A DNA stretch of 48,352 nucleotides from IMG/VR virus record IMGVR_UViG_3300024243_000002; one strand, written 5' to 3'. The position numbers and the translations under genes were made by a program. How positions within the stretch are numbered: position 1 is the first letter of the stretch; each line of letters begins with the position of its first letter. The notes under the pieces are model-generated. The model had not been told where the DNA came from. It ran no database searches and saw nothing but the letters and a program-made list of their open reading frames with translations. Shown piece by piece: positions 29,803 through 38,405 of this stretch. The DNA is from a virus.

Positions 29803-31835
29803 TTCTTAGCCTCCGTTTTAGTTTTTCGATTGGCTTTTATTTCAGCCAATGCTGTTGATACTCGCTGTTGAGTAGTCAACTCGTGTAACTTCATCCTCTC
29901 CTTGGTCATTTGAACGGCATCACCCATTCGAGCTTTCATTATAGACTTTTGGGCTTCGGCAGTTGCCTGCTGACTTGCCACAATCGTCTTCTGCTTAGAT
30001 GCCATTTCTTCAACGCCCTGCTTCAACATTGCCTGCTGTAGCTGCCTGCGCAATGTTTGATTAAGTCCCTCCAGGTCCTTCATCTGTTCTTCCATTCCGT
30101 CCAGCTGACCCATAAGCTGCTGCTGTTCACCAATGCGTTCAAGTAGAGCTTCTTTATCAACTATATCAGTTTTCTTTAGTACCTCAGTTTTATCAACTAA
30201 TCCGAGTTGATACATTTCAAGATACATATTCAAGAGAGCCATTCTATTCGTAGGCATCGATGCGCCATCGTTTACAACGAGATCGTACCGGCCAGCAGAA
30301 AGGTCATTTATTTTTCTTCGCTCTCCGTTTTCAATTTCAATTCCATTAACTACAATTTCTTTTACTTCTATATTGTCCTCGCCAACAACTCTAAGTATTC
30401 TTGGAGTGTCATAAAGCCTAGATGCTAAATCAAATACTACCAGGCCAAGTATTCGCAATGCATGATTTGCGTGTTGCGCCTTATGCCTAATCTTTCTTTG
30501 TCCAGATTCTTCTAGCGACAGCAATGCTCTATATGTATCGGGAGCATCTGAGGCATTTCCCATCATATGCGAAAATACGGACACAGCGTATTCAACGTCG
30601 CCCTTGGATTCTTGCTCTAATTGTATCCATGCAGTAGGAAGGGCCTGGGGCAGCATTTCTTTTGGAGGAGTAAATCCCTGGTGGTACTCCATGATAAATC
30701 CAGGAGTGCTACCTTTTTCTTCATACTCTGCCTTGTTCGCTATCGACCCCTTCTCTGCCATTACTCTGTAATTCCCAGCCAGGGTTGCATTATGAATCAT
30801 GATTGATCTACGTTTATTTATCTCTTGTTGCATGCCCTTGATAACAGAAACGTCACCGACTGGATACGGGTTCCTGTTATGATGAAGGAAGAATGGGACT
30901 ATAGGATAACGGCTTGTAGGCATCTCCTCTATGCTCAAGGTTACATACTGCCCTAAAGTAACGGTCTTCTTTATTCTTGTAATATGCGTACTGAATACCT
31001 CTGAGTCTCCGCGAGTGAGCTGCTCCAGGTCCCATTCATCCTTCCTGTATATACCATCATCGCCGGAGGTAATATTTATTCTACGGTAAACTGGTACTTT
31101 TATTTTCTCATAGCACTCAATTATTCTCACCTTTTTGCTATTGTCATATGATGGAGAATATTGATAATCGCTATGTGAAATAGCTCCGCCGTTTGACGGG
31201 TTGCTATACGGTCTGTCCATGACCGAACCCTCTTCGGCTGCCGCCGCTCTTATCGCAGCCTTCTTGTCCGGATAATGAAAAGCAATTGTTCCCTCATCGA
31301 CCAGCCGAGAAACAATAATTGAACGTGAATCAGAAAGATCAATTTTACGACTGTTGGGATCGGGATAAACATCCCAAAGAGGAAGCGATTCAATTTGTAT
31401 TTCACCGTCTCCAAAATTTTCATCAGGAGCAACCCTCACCTGCAAATAGCCGGCTCCAGTAACAAAGTAATCCTTCATTGTTTGCTGAAGCTCGCTATCC
31501 GCATTGCTGTTATGCCATATATATGCAGCCACATCCGACCACACTGCTGCGATCTTGCTGTCTCCATCGTCTCTTGGAAAATACCTAAACGTTGGCCTCT
31601 TTGAAGTAAAGATAGCGATTTCCTGCAGGATCACTGGCATTGTTCTGTTAACAACAAGAGGAGCCATTCCCTGGGCTACTATTTTCCTTATTTCCTCATC
31701 GGTCCACTGCTTGCCGGCAAAAAAGTCTTCATCGTTGGCTGCCCCTTCTGCCCAGGGTGTTCTTTCATTTTCATAATCCCTAAACATCCGCCAGATCCGC
31801 TCCGACACTTCGTTTTTCTTTAAAGTACTAGCCAT
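29799..31835 (-). CDS. Portal protein (678 aa)
   Basis: Immediately downstream of TerL with a 16-nt overlap. Typical size. The N-terminal DFFAGKQWTDEE..L...G.P.VVNR pattern is typical of portal proteins, and the C-terminus is coiled-coil-rich. Confidence 0.85.
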   Translation of the reverse strand: MASTLKKNEVSERIWRMFRDYENERTPWAEGAANDEDFFAGKQWTDEEIRKIVAQGMAPLVVNRTMPVILQEIAIFTSKRPTFRYFPRDDGDSKIAAVWSDVAAYIWHNSNADSELQQTMKDYFVTGAGYLQVRVAPDENFGDGEIQIESLPLWDVYPDPNSRKIDLSDSRSIIVSRLVDEGTIAFHYPDKKAAIRAAAAEEGSVMDRPYSNPSNGGAISHSDYQYSPSYDNSKKVRIIECYEKIKVPVYRRINITSGDDGIYRKDEWDLEQLTRGDSEVFSTHITRIKKTVTLGQYVTLSIEEMPTSRYPIVPFFLHHNRNPYPVGDVSVIKGMQQEINKRRSIMIHNATLAGNYRVMAEKGSIANKAEYEEKGSTPGFIMEYHQGFTPPKEMLPQALPTAWIQLEQESKGDVEYAVSVFSHMMGNASDAPDTYRALLSLEESGQRKIRHKAQHANHALRILGLVVFDLASRLYDTPRILRVVGEDNIEVKEIVVNGIEIENGERRKINDLSAGRYDLVVNDGASMPTNRMALLNMYLEMYQLGLVDKTEVLKKTDIVDKEALLERIGEQQQLMGQLDGMEEQMKDLEGLNQTLRRQLQQAMLKQGVEEMASKQKTIVASQQATAEAQKSIMKARMGDAVQMTKERMKLHELTTQQRVSTALAEIKANRKTKTEAKK

Positions 31836-33304
31836 GATTGACCCTCATCCATATTGTCGTAATAATTTTTATCCCTGGACCTTTTGATGGTTTCCGCAGA
31901 ATCTGCCGCGTGGGATATGCTGTCCGCCATGTGCAGGGCATCGAGAATGTCATCGTGCGCTCCGTTTGGATACGAAAGAAGCTCTTGCTCTAAGTCTCTC
32001 ATGCCCGGCCTGTGGTAAACTTTTCTCCTATAGTACATTGGCTGCATCGCCTTAATGCGAGCGTCCTTACTGGTCCTAGGCTTCGTCTCAACAATTCCTA
32101 TATATCTACCCTTTGCGATCATCTCTTTTCTGAAATTATTCGCAATGACCTGCTGGAACTGCACTGTCTCAATATTGATTTGCGAAGCTCCGTAACGAAA
32201 ACAAACATCGAACATCTTATCAATGATGTTCACTGTGTCTTGTTCTTTAAATCGTTCGTACCCAAGAATAAACTTTCTTCCATCTTCTGCCTGCCCAAGA
32301 GCAAGAATAACAGTGAAGTCGGCAATATGAGATGTGCTGATAGCGAGATCCGTTCCAACTGTAACATGTATAGGAATCTCTTCCTCGCCGTTAAACAGCG
32401 TTGGCTGTATCCCGTCAACAAGTCGAAACTCATAATCGAATTCCTGAAAATAGTCTTCCCTGAAACACTGCGTATCCATATCGATAGGAGTATTCATGTA
32501 CTCCTGCCAGAACGAAGCGCCTTCACCTCTTGCCTCACACGAGGCTTTAATTTTATTCAATCTATCCATGGAGAAGCGCTCCGGCCAGAGAGGCCTTCCA
32601 TTCATTATTGCCTGATAGAATCTAACGCTCCACGCTTCATCTTTGCGGATCGTTGAAAGATAAGCTCTTTCATTTATAATAGTTCCTATCGCTATAATGC
32701 GACCATCATCTGCAATGGATGGTTCTACTGCTCTTGTAATCCATCTCTTGTTTTTATCTATTGCTTCCGGAGTTAGTGAATTTGTTTCGCTCTCAAAATC
32801 ATCAAGGATGATAATGTTCGGCCTCGTTATTGAATCCCTTCCAGAAATAGCGCCCCTTACTTTCTGTCCAGTTCCCTTAGCTATTATCCTTACGCCGTTT
32901 GACGTAACCAACTCATCCTCCGACCACTTGCCGCCGGTCAAATTTCCAAAGTAATGTAACACCCGCGGGTTGCTGGCCAGGTTGTGTTTAATTATATTCA
33001 AGAAGCTAATGCTTTGACTTTGAGCCTCTGAAATAATAATAATAAGTAAATCCCTCCCAGCAGGATTAAACAATGTTTTCCATAGCGGAAATAACACAGA
33101 GGTCAATGTGCTCTTACTGTGGCCGCGCGGAGCGATAAACCCAACTCGCGCCAGATTCTCGTTTTCAAGATCACCGTAGATCTCTCTGTGAAAATCTGGC
33201 GTATTGGCAAAGAATATCTTTGGCATGAATAATTTACCGAAATACTCGACACTACTCGCCGCCATCGATAATACTTCTTGTTTATCCTGCGCGTCTAAAT
33301 TCAC
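31820..33304 (-). CDS. terL: Terminase large subunit
   Basis: Walker A-like APRGHSKST and Walker B-like PNIIILDDFE. Nuclease-domain acidic motifs VGTDLAIS and GAHDDILDALHMA. 494 aa. Confidence 0.9.
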   Translation of the reverse strand: MNLDAQDKQEVLSMAASSVEYFGKLFMPKIFFANTPDFHREIYGDLENENLARVGFIAPRGHSKSTLTSVLFPLWKTLFNPAGRDLLIIIISEAQSQSISFLNIIKHNLASNPRVLHYFGNLTGGKWSEDELVTSNGVRIIAKGTGQKVRGAISGRDSITRPNIIILDDFESETNSLTPEAIDKNKRWITRAVEPSIADDGRIIAIGTIINERAYLSTIRKDEAWSVRFYQAIMNGRPLWPERFSMDRLNKIKASCEARGEGASFWQEYMNTPIDMDTQCFREDYFQEFDYEFRLVDGIQPTLFNGEEEIPIHVTVGTDLAISTSHIADFTVILALGQAEDGRKFILGYERFKEQDTVNIIDKMFDVCFRYGASQINIETVQFQQVIANNFRKEMIAKGRYIGIVETKPRTSKDARIKAMQPMYYRRKVYHRPGMRDLEQELLSYPNGAHDDILDALHMADSISHAADSAETIKRSRDKNYYDNMDEGQSWLVL

Positions 33305-33516
33305 TGCGCTGCACCTGCCCCCTGTTCAAGTTTTGCAATTCTTACCATACACCCAGCCGGTCCCGCCGCAAGCTCAAAATGATGCTCGACCCTGGCAATC
33401 CTGGTATCCATGGCATCCTGTATGCCCGACAACTTCATCAGCGTCTTATCCATTTTATGGATGTACACCAATAGCGCTATCGTTACTGGCATTAACATCG
33501 CTAGTACTTCCATCAT
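33301..33516 (-). CDS. Small protein coupled to terL (71 aa, or 50 aa from the ATG at 33453)
   Basis: ATGA-type overlap with the terL start. The long form has an N-terminal hydrophobic helix (LAMLMPVTIALLVYI) but overlaps the upstream gene by 62 nt. The short form starts 1 nt after that gene's stop. Confidence 0.35.
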   Translation of the reverse strand: MMEVLAMLMPVTIALLVYIHKMDKTLMKLSGIQDAMDTRIARVEHHFELAAGPAGCMVRIAKLEQGAGAAQ

Positions 33517-33943
33517 TCAATGCCCCTTTTGGTCTTAATTCTATTGGGGGCACAGGTACGTTCCAGTTTACTGAGTTCCAGTACCGCACGGCAATTTTGA
33601 CAACCAGGTCAATTAGTGGCCCGTCAAATGGCTCTGCGTAAAATGGAAGACGAATTGCATCGTCCAGCGCCTGCACTACCGCTTTATGTTTTTGCCTATT
33701 TGTTAATGATACTCCGCCAACAACAATCAACTCTACTGTTTTTGTGATCGCCAATGTGGCCGACCAAATCAGCTCAAAGTTGTGACCCATTTCTTCCCAT
33801 ACACCATCATACTGGTCCCTGTCATCGTCAAAAGGATTCCAGTCAATACCCTTCAGGTCTTTGATTTCTTCCTTCAAAACTTCCAGCTCCAGGTACTTTA
33901 CTAAAAAATCCTGGATTTCTTGTCCTTCAATGTTCACTTTCAT
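33455..33943 (-). CDS. Hypothetical protein (162 aa)
   Basis: The preferred start is the ATG at 33943 (MKVNIEG...), 8 nt after GGAGGA. The ORF-track N-terminal extension lacks an RBS. Confidence 0.55.
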   Translation of the reverse strand: MKVNIEGQEIQDFLVKYLELEVLKEEIKDLKGIDWNPFDDDRDQYDGVWEEMGHNFELIWSATLAITKTVELIVVGGVSLTNRQKHKAVVQALDDAIRLPFYAEPFDGPLIDLVVKIAVRYWNSVNWNVPVPPIELRPKGALNDGSTSDVNASNDSAIGVHP

Positions 33944-34130
33944 TTTGCGTTTCCTCCATATGTAGGTAATCAAAAATGTCGTCAGTGGCATCGTGATACG
34001 CCATAACGTCTTCGGGCATTACCTGTACCCATTCTGGTCGATACACAATTGCCACAGGCGACTTCATGCCGTCCCTGCTCATTACCTGCTGCGTTATCGC
34101 GCAACAATTAGCTGCAGAAAAGCGAGACAT
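33927..34130 (-). CDS. Possible small acidic protein (67 aa)
   Basis: The distal part of ORF 33927..34313, starting at the ATG at 34130 just downstream of the phosphoesterase stop (34150). It fills an otherwise non-coding 200-nt gap. The RBS is weak. Confidence 0.3.
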   Translation of the reverse strand: MSRFSAANCCAITQQVMSRDGMKSPVAIVYRPEWVQVMPEDVMAYHDATDDIFDYLHMEETQNESEH

Positions 34131-34149
34131 TACTCTCGCCGCAGCCCAC

Positions 34150-35118
34150 CTATCCTGTCGGCCTTGGATATAGGTGCGGCCAGCCGCCACGCAACTCGAC
34201 AAAGCCTGGAATCCAACGGCTATGGGTCGAGTCAACTTCCACCATATAGTCCGCGAGCTGTTCGTTTTGCATGTGTCCACCATCAACACAGATATACTCC
34301 CCCGTTTTGTCATAGGTCATTCCCAGGTAATGTTGATGAGCTGTGAGCAAATTCATTTTGTACTTTGCTGCCAACGCCTGCGCAAGTGAAAGCGGGTTCG
34401 CTCTTCCTTGTGAGGGGTGAGTAATTCGCCAGTCTCCATGCGGGGATCCCTCCATTACCATCCACCTTCTCTCTGTAAACTGAATCCGCCGAGACTCAAG
34501 CACCTCCGGCCCAACCATTGCTCGCAACAACATCTCAAAACCCAGCGCCCCCTTTGACATGTTTTTAAACCTACCGCCATCGTGATTTCCTGGAATGATA
34601 TAAATTTTATTAACAATCCCCAGCAGCGTGTTTAGGATCTTGCGGGCTATTTCAAACTCTATTTTTGATTCTATTGGCCCCGCTTGCCCCCAACTCACAA
34701 ACTTACTGGCCCATTCCATATTTAAAAAATCACCAGATATAATCGCTGTCTTGATTTCGCGATCCCTGACTATGCTAAACGCGTAATTTATCATTTCATG
34801 ATCATGTAATGGTATATGGAAATCGCCAAACACCATAACGTCTTCGTAGGGTACTATCAAAGCAGGAAGGTGATCCGTCCTGATTGGAGGAGGAACGCTA
34901 ATAGCGCGGAGGCCATCAGGCAGTTCACCCGCCTGCAGCTTAAAGCTATCTGCTTTATACCATCGCATATACCGCAAGAAAGTCTCAATGCCCACTTCGA
35001 TATTTCGATTGTTTCCAAGTATCCCCTCTGCTGCATCCTGGCTGCTCTCTCCGTCAATTCGGGCAACGACATATTCAGGATAAACTTCCTCAACCCACCT
35101 TGGAAGTTTTTTACTCAT
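34150..35118 (-). CDS. Calcineurin-like metallophosphoesterase (322 aa)
   Basis: The ordered signature motifs are present: GDFHIPLHD (DxH), ISGDFLN (GD), IPGNHDGG (GNHD), TAHQH and GGH. Confidence 0.85.
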   Translation of the reverse strand: MSKKLPRWVEEVYPEYVVARIDGESSQDAAEGILGNNRNIEVGIETFLRYMRWYKADSFKLQAGELPDGLRAISVPPPIRTDHLPALIVPYEDVMVFGDFHIPLHDHEMINYAFSIVRDREIKTAIISGDFLNMEWASKFVSWGQAGPIESKIEFEIARKILNTLLGIVNKIYIIPGNHDGGRFKNMSKGALGFEMLLRAMVGPEVLESRRIQFTERRWMVMEGSPHGDWRITHPSQGRANPLSLAQALAAKYKMNLLTAHQHYLGMTYDKTGEYICVDGGHMQNEQLADYMVEVDSTHSRWIPGFVELRGGWPHLYPRPTG

Positions 35119-35890
35119 TAAAGTCTCCCTCCATATCCTCCGGTTCGATCTCCTCTGGAATTTCTACTGACGACACGGGCTTTATCTCCGTACTGCTCCC
35201 CGCGCGCAGATTTTGCAACTCTACTGGATCTATTCCCAAAAATACTTGTGATGTACTGGACTCTTTCTTTTGGTCCATCATCCCGGCGATTTTCGCCAAA
35301 CTATTCAACGCAGATAGTTTTGAAGTATCTATTGCTGTTGTATCATCGGCGATACCCTTAAATCCTTTAAGAATATACTCATCCGAAATACCCAGCTTCT
35401 CTAATGCTCCTTTTAGTTCTTTACGCACCAGGGCCTGCACTTCCTTCTTTTTCAAAAGAACATTCACGTTTTGCTTCGCCCATCTCGGATTTACTGTTGG
35501 GAATGCCTGCGTATAGGCCTTTATTGGATTCATCCCCATTGCATACAAGCGTGCAAATTCCTTGGTCCTTACGGTTATGGTCTGATGTACCGAGGGCTTC
35601 TTCCCGTTGAGGGTATATCGGTTCTCTCTTTCCGCAGTATCGCATGTCTGACTGTCCTTTATTTGAAAACATCCCGTGCATGTCCTTAACCACCTTTGTT
35701 TGGTTTTAAACTCCCCCTGCGCTAACACTTGCACTATAAAGCCATCATCAGTTAAAATCCAGCACCCTTTCCCAGAACTGTCCCTCCAGTTGGGGAAAAA
35801 GGTTATTTTTAGATCCGCGGCCTCTTTTTGAGTGTAGATACTATGCTGTACCGGATTGCCGTTACGGTCAAGCCAGGAAGCTACTCTCAT
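35111..35890 (-). CDS. Terminase small subunit-like protein (259 aa; Terminase_2-like region in the C-terminal half)
   Basis: RTKEFARLYAMGMNPIKAYTQAFP...AKQNVNVLLKKKEVQALV...LGISDEYILKGFKGIADD...KLSALNSLAKIAGM resembles the helix-turn-helix plus oligomerisation pattern of P27-type small terminases. It is separated from terL by about 1.8 kb. Confidence 0.55.
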   Translation of the reverse strand: MRVASWLDRNGNPVQHSIYTQKEAADLKITFFPNWRDSSGKGCWILTDDGFIVQVLAQGEFKTKQRWLRTCTGCFQIKDSQTCDTAERENRYTLNGKKPSVHQTITVRTKEFARLYAMGMNPIKAYTQAFPTVNPRWAKQNVNVLLKKKEVQALVRKELKGALEKLGISDEYILKGFKGIADDTTAIDTSKLSALNSLAKIAGMMDQKKESSTSQVFLGIDPVELQNLRAGSSTEIKPVSSVEIPEEIEPEDMEGDFNE

Positions 35891-36768
35891 TGCGGCCCCT
35901 TGCTCCAGGGTACTCCATCCTGCTCTACTGGCACCGCGGACTTCAGAAACTGCACGTTCCTGTACATCTCGCGCCTGATGTCAAGATTTTCCATCTGCAA
36001 TAGAGTGTACAGGTCCTTCAGGTATCTATTCTCAAATCCGTGATCGCCGTGCTCGCTGGCTTTATCCAAGTGCCTTCCATACTCTGCCTGTCTGCCGCGA
36101 TAAAGCTCAAATATCTCCAGCTGCTCCTTTTTACTCCTATTAGAAAGACTGAGGGCCGCCTTCGGCCCAATCGATCCCACTGGAAAGTCTCTTCCGAGAG
36201 ACTCGTTCAATTCTTTATCACTCATATATGGAAAGTTTTTTTGTTTTTTTACAACATGGTCGTAGTCATGCATAGTCTTCAGAAGCAGTCCGTCCCCGCG
36301 AGCGCCTCTAAAATACCGCATATCGGCAAGGGCGAGAATAATTTGGGGGATTATGCCGCCGTCATCATCCATCTGTTTAAGCGAAAGCCTGTCATCGCTC
36401 CCGCCATCCCAATACTTGCCGTAAATTAAATTCTCTGCAGACGAAAACGGCACCAGGGAGTCTTTGTCAGATGGGTTTATTCCGAGATTTTCGTAGAAAC
36501 TTCGATTTATTTTTGGATCGATGCCAACAACCTCTTGCCCGTTTATGCCGTTCTGGGTCACCAGGTAGTCAGTTGCCACAGTGCCCGGCCTTACATCACC
36601 GCTGCGCAACAGCTTATGCCCCTCGTTACTAAATACATTAGACGCAAAAATTTTATACAGAGGACTTCGCGTAATTCCATGCTCTGCCTCCATCTCGTCA
36701 AAGAGATATTCAGTATCACCTATCGGCGTACCAGCAGCAGCTTCTTCTATAGTTGTTTCGCTAGCCAT
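35887..36768 (-). CDS. Hypothetical protein (293 aa)
   Basis: Long ORF overlap-coupled to the next gene. No family recognised. Confidence 0.6.
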   Translation of the reverse strand: MASETTIEEAAAGTPIGDTEYLFDEMEAEHGITRSPLYKIFASNVFSNEGHKLLRSGDVRPGTVATDYLVTQNGINGQEVVGIDPKINRSFYENLGINPSDKDSLVPFSSAENLIYGKYWDGGSDDRLSLKQMDDDGGIIPQIILALADMRYFRGARGDGLLLKTMHDYDHVVKKQKNFPYMSDKELNESLGRDFPVGSIGPKAALSLSNRSKKEQLEIFELYRGRQAEYGRHLDKASEHGDHGFENRYLKDLYTLLQMENLDIRREMYRNVQFLKSAVPVEQDGVPWSKGPQ

Positions 36769-36770
36769 GG

Positions 36771-36953
36771 CTACTTACCAGGTTTTGGCTGTTTCTCTTT
36801 CCACTTGCCGCCGCCAGGCTTAATCGGCGTACCAGCAGCAGCAACCCGGCCCTTCCTGGCCACCCTTGAATGCTTTTTCTTCCGAGACTTCGAATCGCTG
36901 AGCTTGTACTCCGCCAACCCCGTCCTAATGATCCTATCTAAAACATCACTCAC
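36771..36953 (-). CDS. Small, highly basic protein (60 aa), GTG start
   Basis: GTG at 36953 lies 6 nt after AAGAGG. Lys/Arg/Gly-rich tail (KSRKKKHSRVARKGR...KWKEKQPKPGK). First gene of the minus-strand arm. Confidence 0.5.
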   Translation of the reverse strand: MSDVLDRIIRTGLAEYKLSDSKSRKKKHSRVARKGRVAAAGTPIKPGGGKWKEKQPKPGK

Positions 36954-37005
36954 AGCTTACCTCTTTCAATGAATACAATAATTACCATAAAGGCTTCTCC
37001 TGAAT

Positions 37006-37098
37006 AGTATAACTACTATACTATATAAACTATACTATATACTATATAAGCTATACTCTATACTATATAAGCTATACTCTATAAACTATATACTCTAC
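37006..37098. repeat. TA-rich CTATAC(T)-type repeat array with a perfect 21-bp tandem duplication (37038..37058 = 37059..37079)
   Basis: Read directly: TATACTATATAAGCTATACTC occurs twice in tandem, flanked by degenerate copies on both sides at a similar period. Confidence 0.85.
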
Positions 37099-37099
37099 T

Positions 37100-37118
37100 T
37101 GCTCGCAGACTCGCAAGG
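37100..37118. repeat. GC-rich inverted repeat, left arm (TGCTCGCAGACTCGCAAGG)
   Basis: The reverse complement of 37277..37296 is CCTGCTCGCAGGCTCGCAGG, which matches this arm with one mismatch and one indel. Each arm is itself a direct duplication of CTCGCA(G/A). Confidence 0.75.
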
Positions 37119-37160
37119 TATTACTTATTATGTACCAACTAAAAATAATAACTCCAAGTA

Positions 37161-37177
37161 TTTTTTTTAAAAAAAAA
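37161..37177. other. T8A9 homopolymer palindrome
   Basis: TTTTTTTTAAAAAAAAA read directly. It lies in the AT-rich segment (37119..37276) between the GC-rich inverted repeats, toward the left arm. Confidence 0.9.
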
Positions 37178-37225
37178 TATCAATAACTCGTAACTACTTA
37201 CGACATACAACTATACACAATACCA

Positions 37226-37277
37226 AAATTATACCCGATATACACACTTTACCCTCCAGGAAAGCTAAATTATACCC
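37226..37277. repeat. 11-bp direct repeat AAATTATACCC x2 (37226..37236 and 37267..37277)
   Basis: Read directly. The starts are 41 bp apart, and the second copy abuts the right GC-rich arm. Confidence 0.8.
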
Positions 37278-37296
37278 CTGCGAGCCTGCGAGCAGG
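37277..37296. repeat. GC-rich inverted repeat, right arm (CCTGCGAGCCTGCGAGCAGG)
   Basis: See the left arm. The arms are separated by 158 bp. Confidence 0.75.
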
Positions 37297-37520
37297 CAAA
37301 ACACCAATTAAAATATCCCACAACATGTCGATTCAAAGTGAAATTATCGACACATTACCTCAATATGTACATCCTGTTAATTTTATGGTGACTGTAAAAA
37401 AATAGTAGCAGTTGGTGTATAAGTCTTTCATTATCTTAGACTAATCTATTAGTCGTTATCAGTAGTGATATGGTTGTATTGTTTTGTGATATTTAATTTT
37501 TATTTTCAACTTGGAGGGTT

Positions 37521-37775
37521 ATGATGGAACGTAATGAAGTTATCAAATTGGTTGCTGATGGCGTAGCTGCTGCTACTCCTGCAGTAGAACAGAGAAAAAG
37601 AATCTCTGCTAGTAGGCTAGTACTCAAGGCTAGACTAGGTTCACTTATGAAACAGTCTAAGCACTATGACAGGGACTGGAAGACCTGTCAGAAGGCTGCA
37701 GTCTATGTAGACCAAGCTGATGGTGAGATCACTAGTGAGCAAGCTACTGAACTTGTAGCTAACTTGGAGTCATAA
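37521..37775 (+). CDS. First early protein (84 aa), hypothetical
   Basis: ATG preceded by GGAGGG. Followed directly by a hairpin terminator. Confidence 0.6.
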   Translation: MMERNEVIKLVADGVAAATPAVEQRKRISASRLVLKARLGSLMKQSKHYDRDWKTCQKAAVYVDQADGEITSEQATELVANLES

Positions 37776-37780
37776 TATTG

Positions 37781-37815
37781 AAGGGGAGAGTAATATCTCC
37801 TCTTCTCTCTATTTA
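37781..37815 (+). terminator. Intrinsic terminator after the first early gene
   Basis: 10-bp stem GAAGGGGAGA (37781..37790) / TCTCCTCTTC (37797..37806) with one G-U pair and a 6-nt loop, followed by a T-rich tail (TCTCTATTT). Confidence 0.6.
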
Positions 37816-37953
37816 GTATTTATTTTGTAATAACATACTAAAAACACACTATCCACGTAAAGGGGTCATATTTACATTCTAAGCGATGTTATATTAACTA
37901 GGGTAATTACATTCATTTGGCTATAAAAGCCTATAACAAGGAAGGTAAGAGTC

Positions 37954-38343
37954 ATGGACAGTAGTACAACGATGGTTGTGATGAAATTGGCCTGGATTGT
38001 ATTGTCGGTGGCGCTGATAGCGTTATTGGTAATTATATCCTTCTTAAAGATTAATATTCTTAAACATAAGATATTAAAGTTGGAAGCTTGTGTTGCTCAA
38101 AATTATAGTAATACATCTCATGTAGTGGTTGATCTACAGGATAAACTAATTGATATTGAAAACATTCTTGCATTTAACACTGGAGTTTTGAATACTGCCG
38201 GTGTAACTTGCATTGAAGATTTGACAAGTCATATGGCTGCAGTTGGTCGCGGTAATTCACGATATTTGTTTATTGTGCGACAGACGCGCGCTGGTTCTGT
38301 GGAAGAAGAATTTGATATTGATCCCGATGGAGGGGTTATATAA
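37954..38343 (+). CDS. Membrane-anchored protein (129 aa), N-terminal transmembrane helix
   Basis: LAWIVLSVALIALLVIISFL hydrophobic stretch near the N-terminus, then a helical region. GGAAGG lies upstream of the ATG. Confidence 0.6.
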   Translation: MDSSTTMVVMKLAWIVLSVALIALLVIISFLKINILKHKILKLEACVAQNYSNTSHVVVDLQDKLIDIENILAFNTGVLNTAGVTCIEDLTSHMAAVGRGNSRYLFIVRQTRAGSVEEEFDIDPDGGVI

Positions 38344-38405
38344 TTTATCAGGCTAACATTTTCCTTGTGTTGTAAGTCCTGATATATATTTTTTAGAAAG
38401 GTTTG

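Larger units (their letters stand above)
36954..37520. promoter_or_regulatory. Divergent non-coding control hub (promoters for both arms; possible replication origin)
   Basis: 567 bp without a credible ORF between the first genes of the two arms. It contains four classes of repeats, listed separately below. Confidence 0.6.

Noticed and set aside
32012-32656. 214-aa plus-strand ORF antisense to terL. Similar cases are 27766..28248 antisense to the capsid gene and 16694..17146 antisense to the 631-aa gene.
   Set aside because: The opposite-strand genes have unambiguous family motifs or operon context. The antisense translations show no motifs and have biased composition.
34131-34313. Upstream part of ORF 33927..34313
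   Set aside because: It overlaps the 3' end of the metallophosphoesterase gene, whose motifs run to its C-terminus. Only the part downstream of 34130 could be an independent small gene.
35421-35693. Alternative-frame ORFs inside the TerS-like gene (35421..35693 minus, and 35404..35610 and 35471..35689 plus)
   Set aside because: They are nested within a longer ORF with family-like sequence. They have no RBS context and odd composition.
37006-37098. Considered whether the 21-bp tandem repeats could be a CRISPR array
   Set aside because: The repeats are contiguous with no unique spacers, are TA-rich and degenerate, and there are only about four units. No cas genes are present apart from a stand-alone Cas4-like nuclease in a recombination context.
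37325-37405. 26-codon ORF (MSIQSEIIDTLPQYVHPVNFMVTVKK) inside the control hub
   Set aside because: It has no Shine-Dalgarno sequence, although nearly every credible gene here has one. It is very short and overlaps the TGTCGAT/ATCGACA dyad. More likely non-coding.
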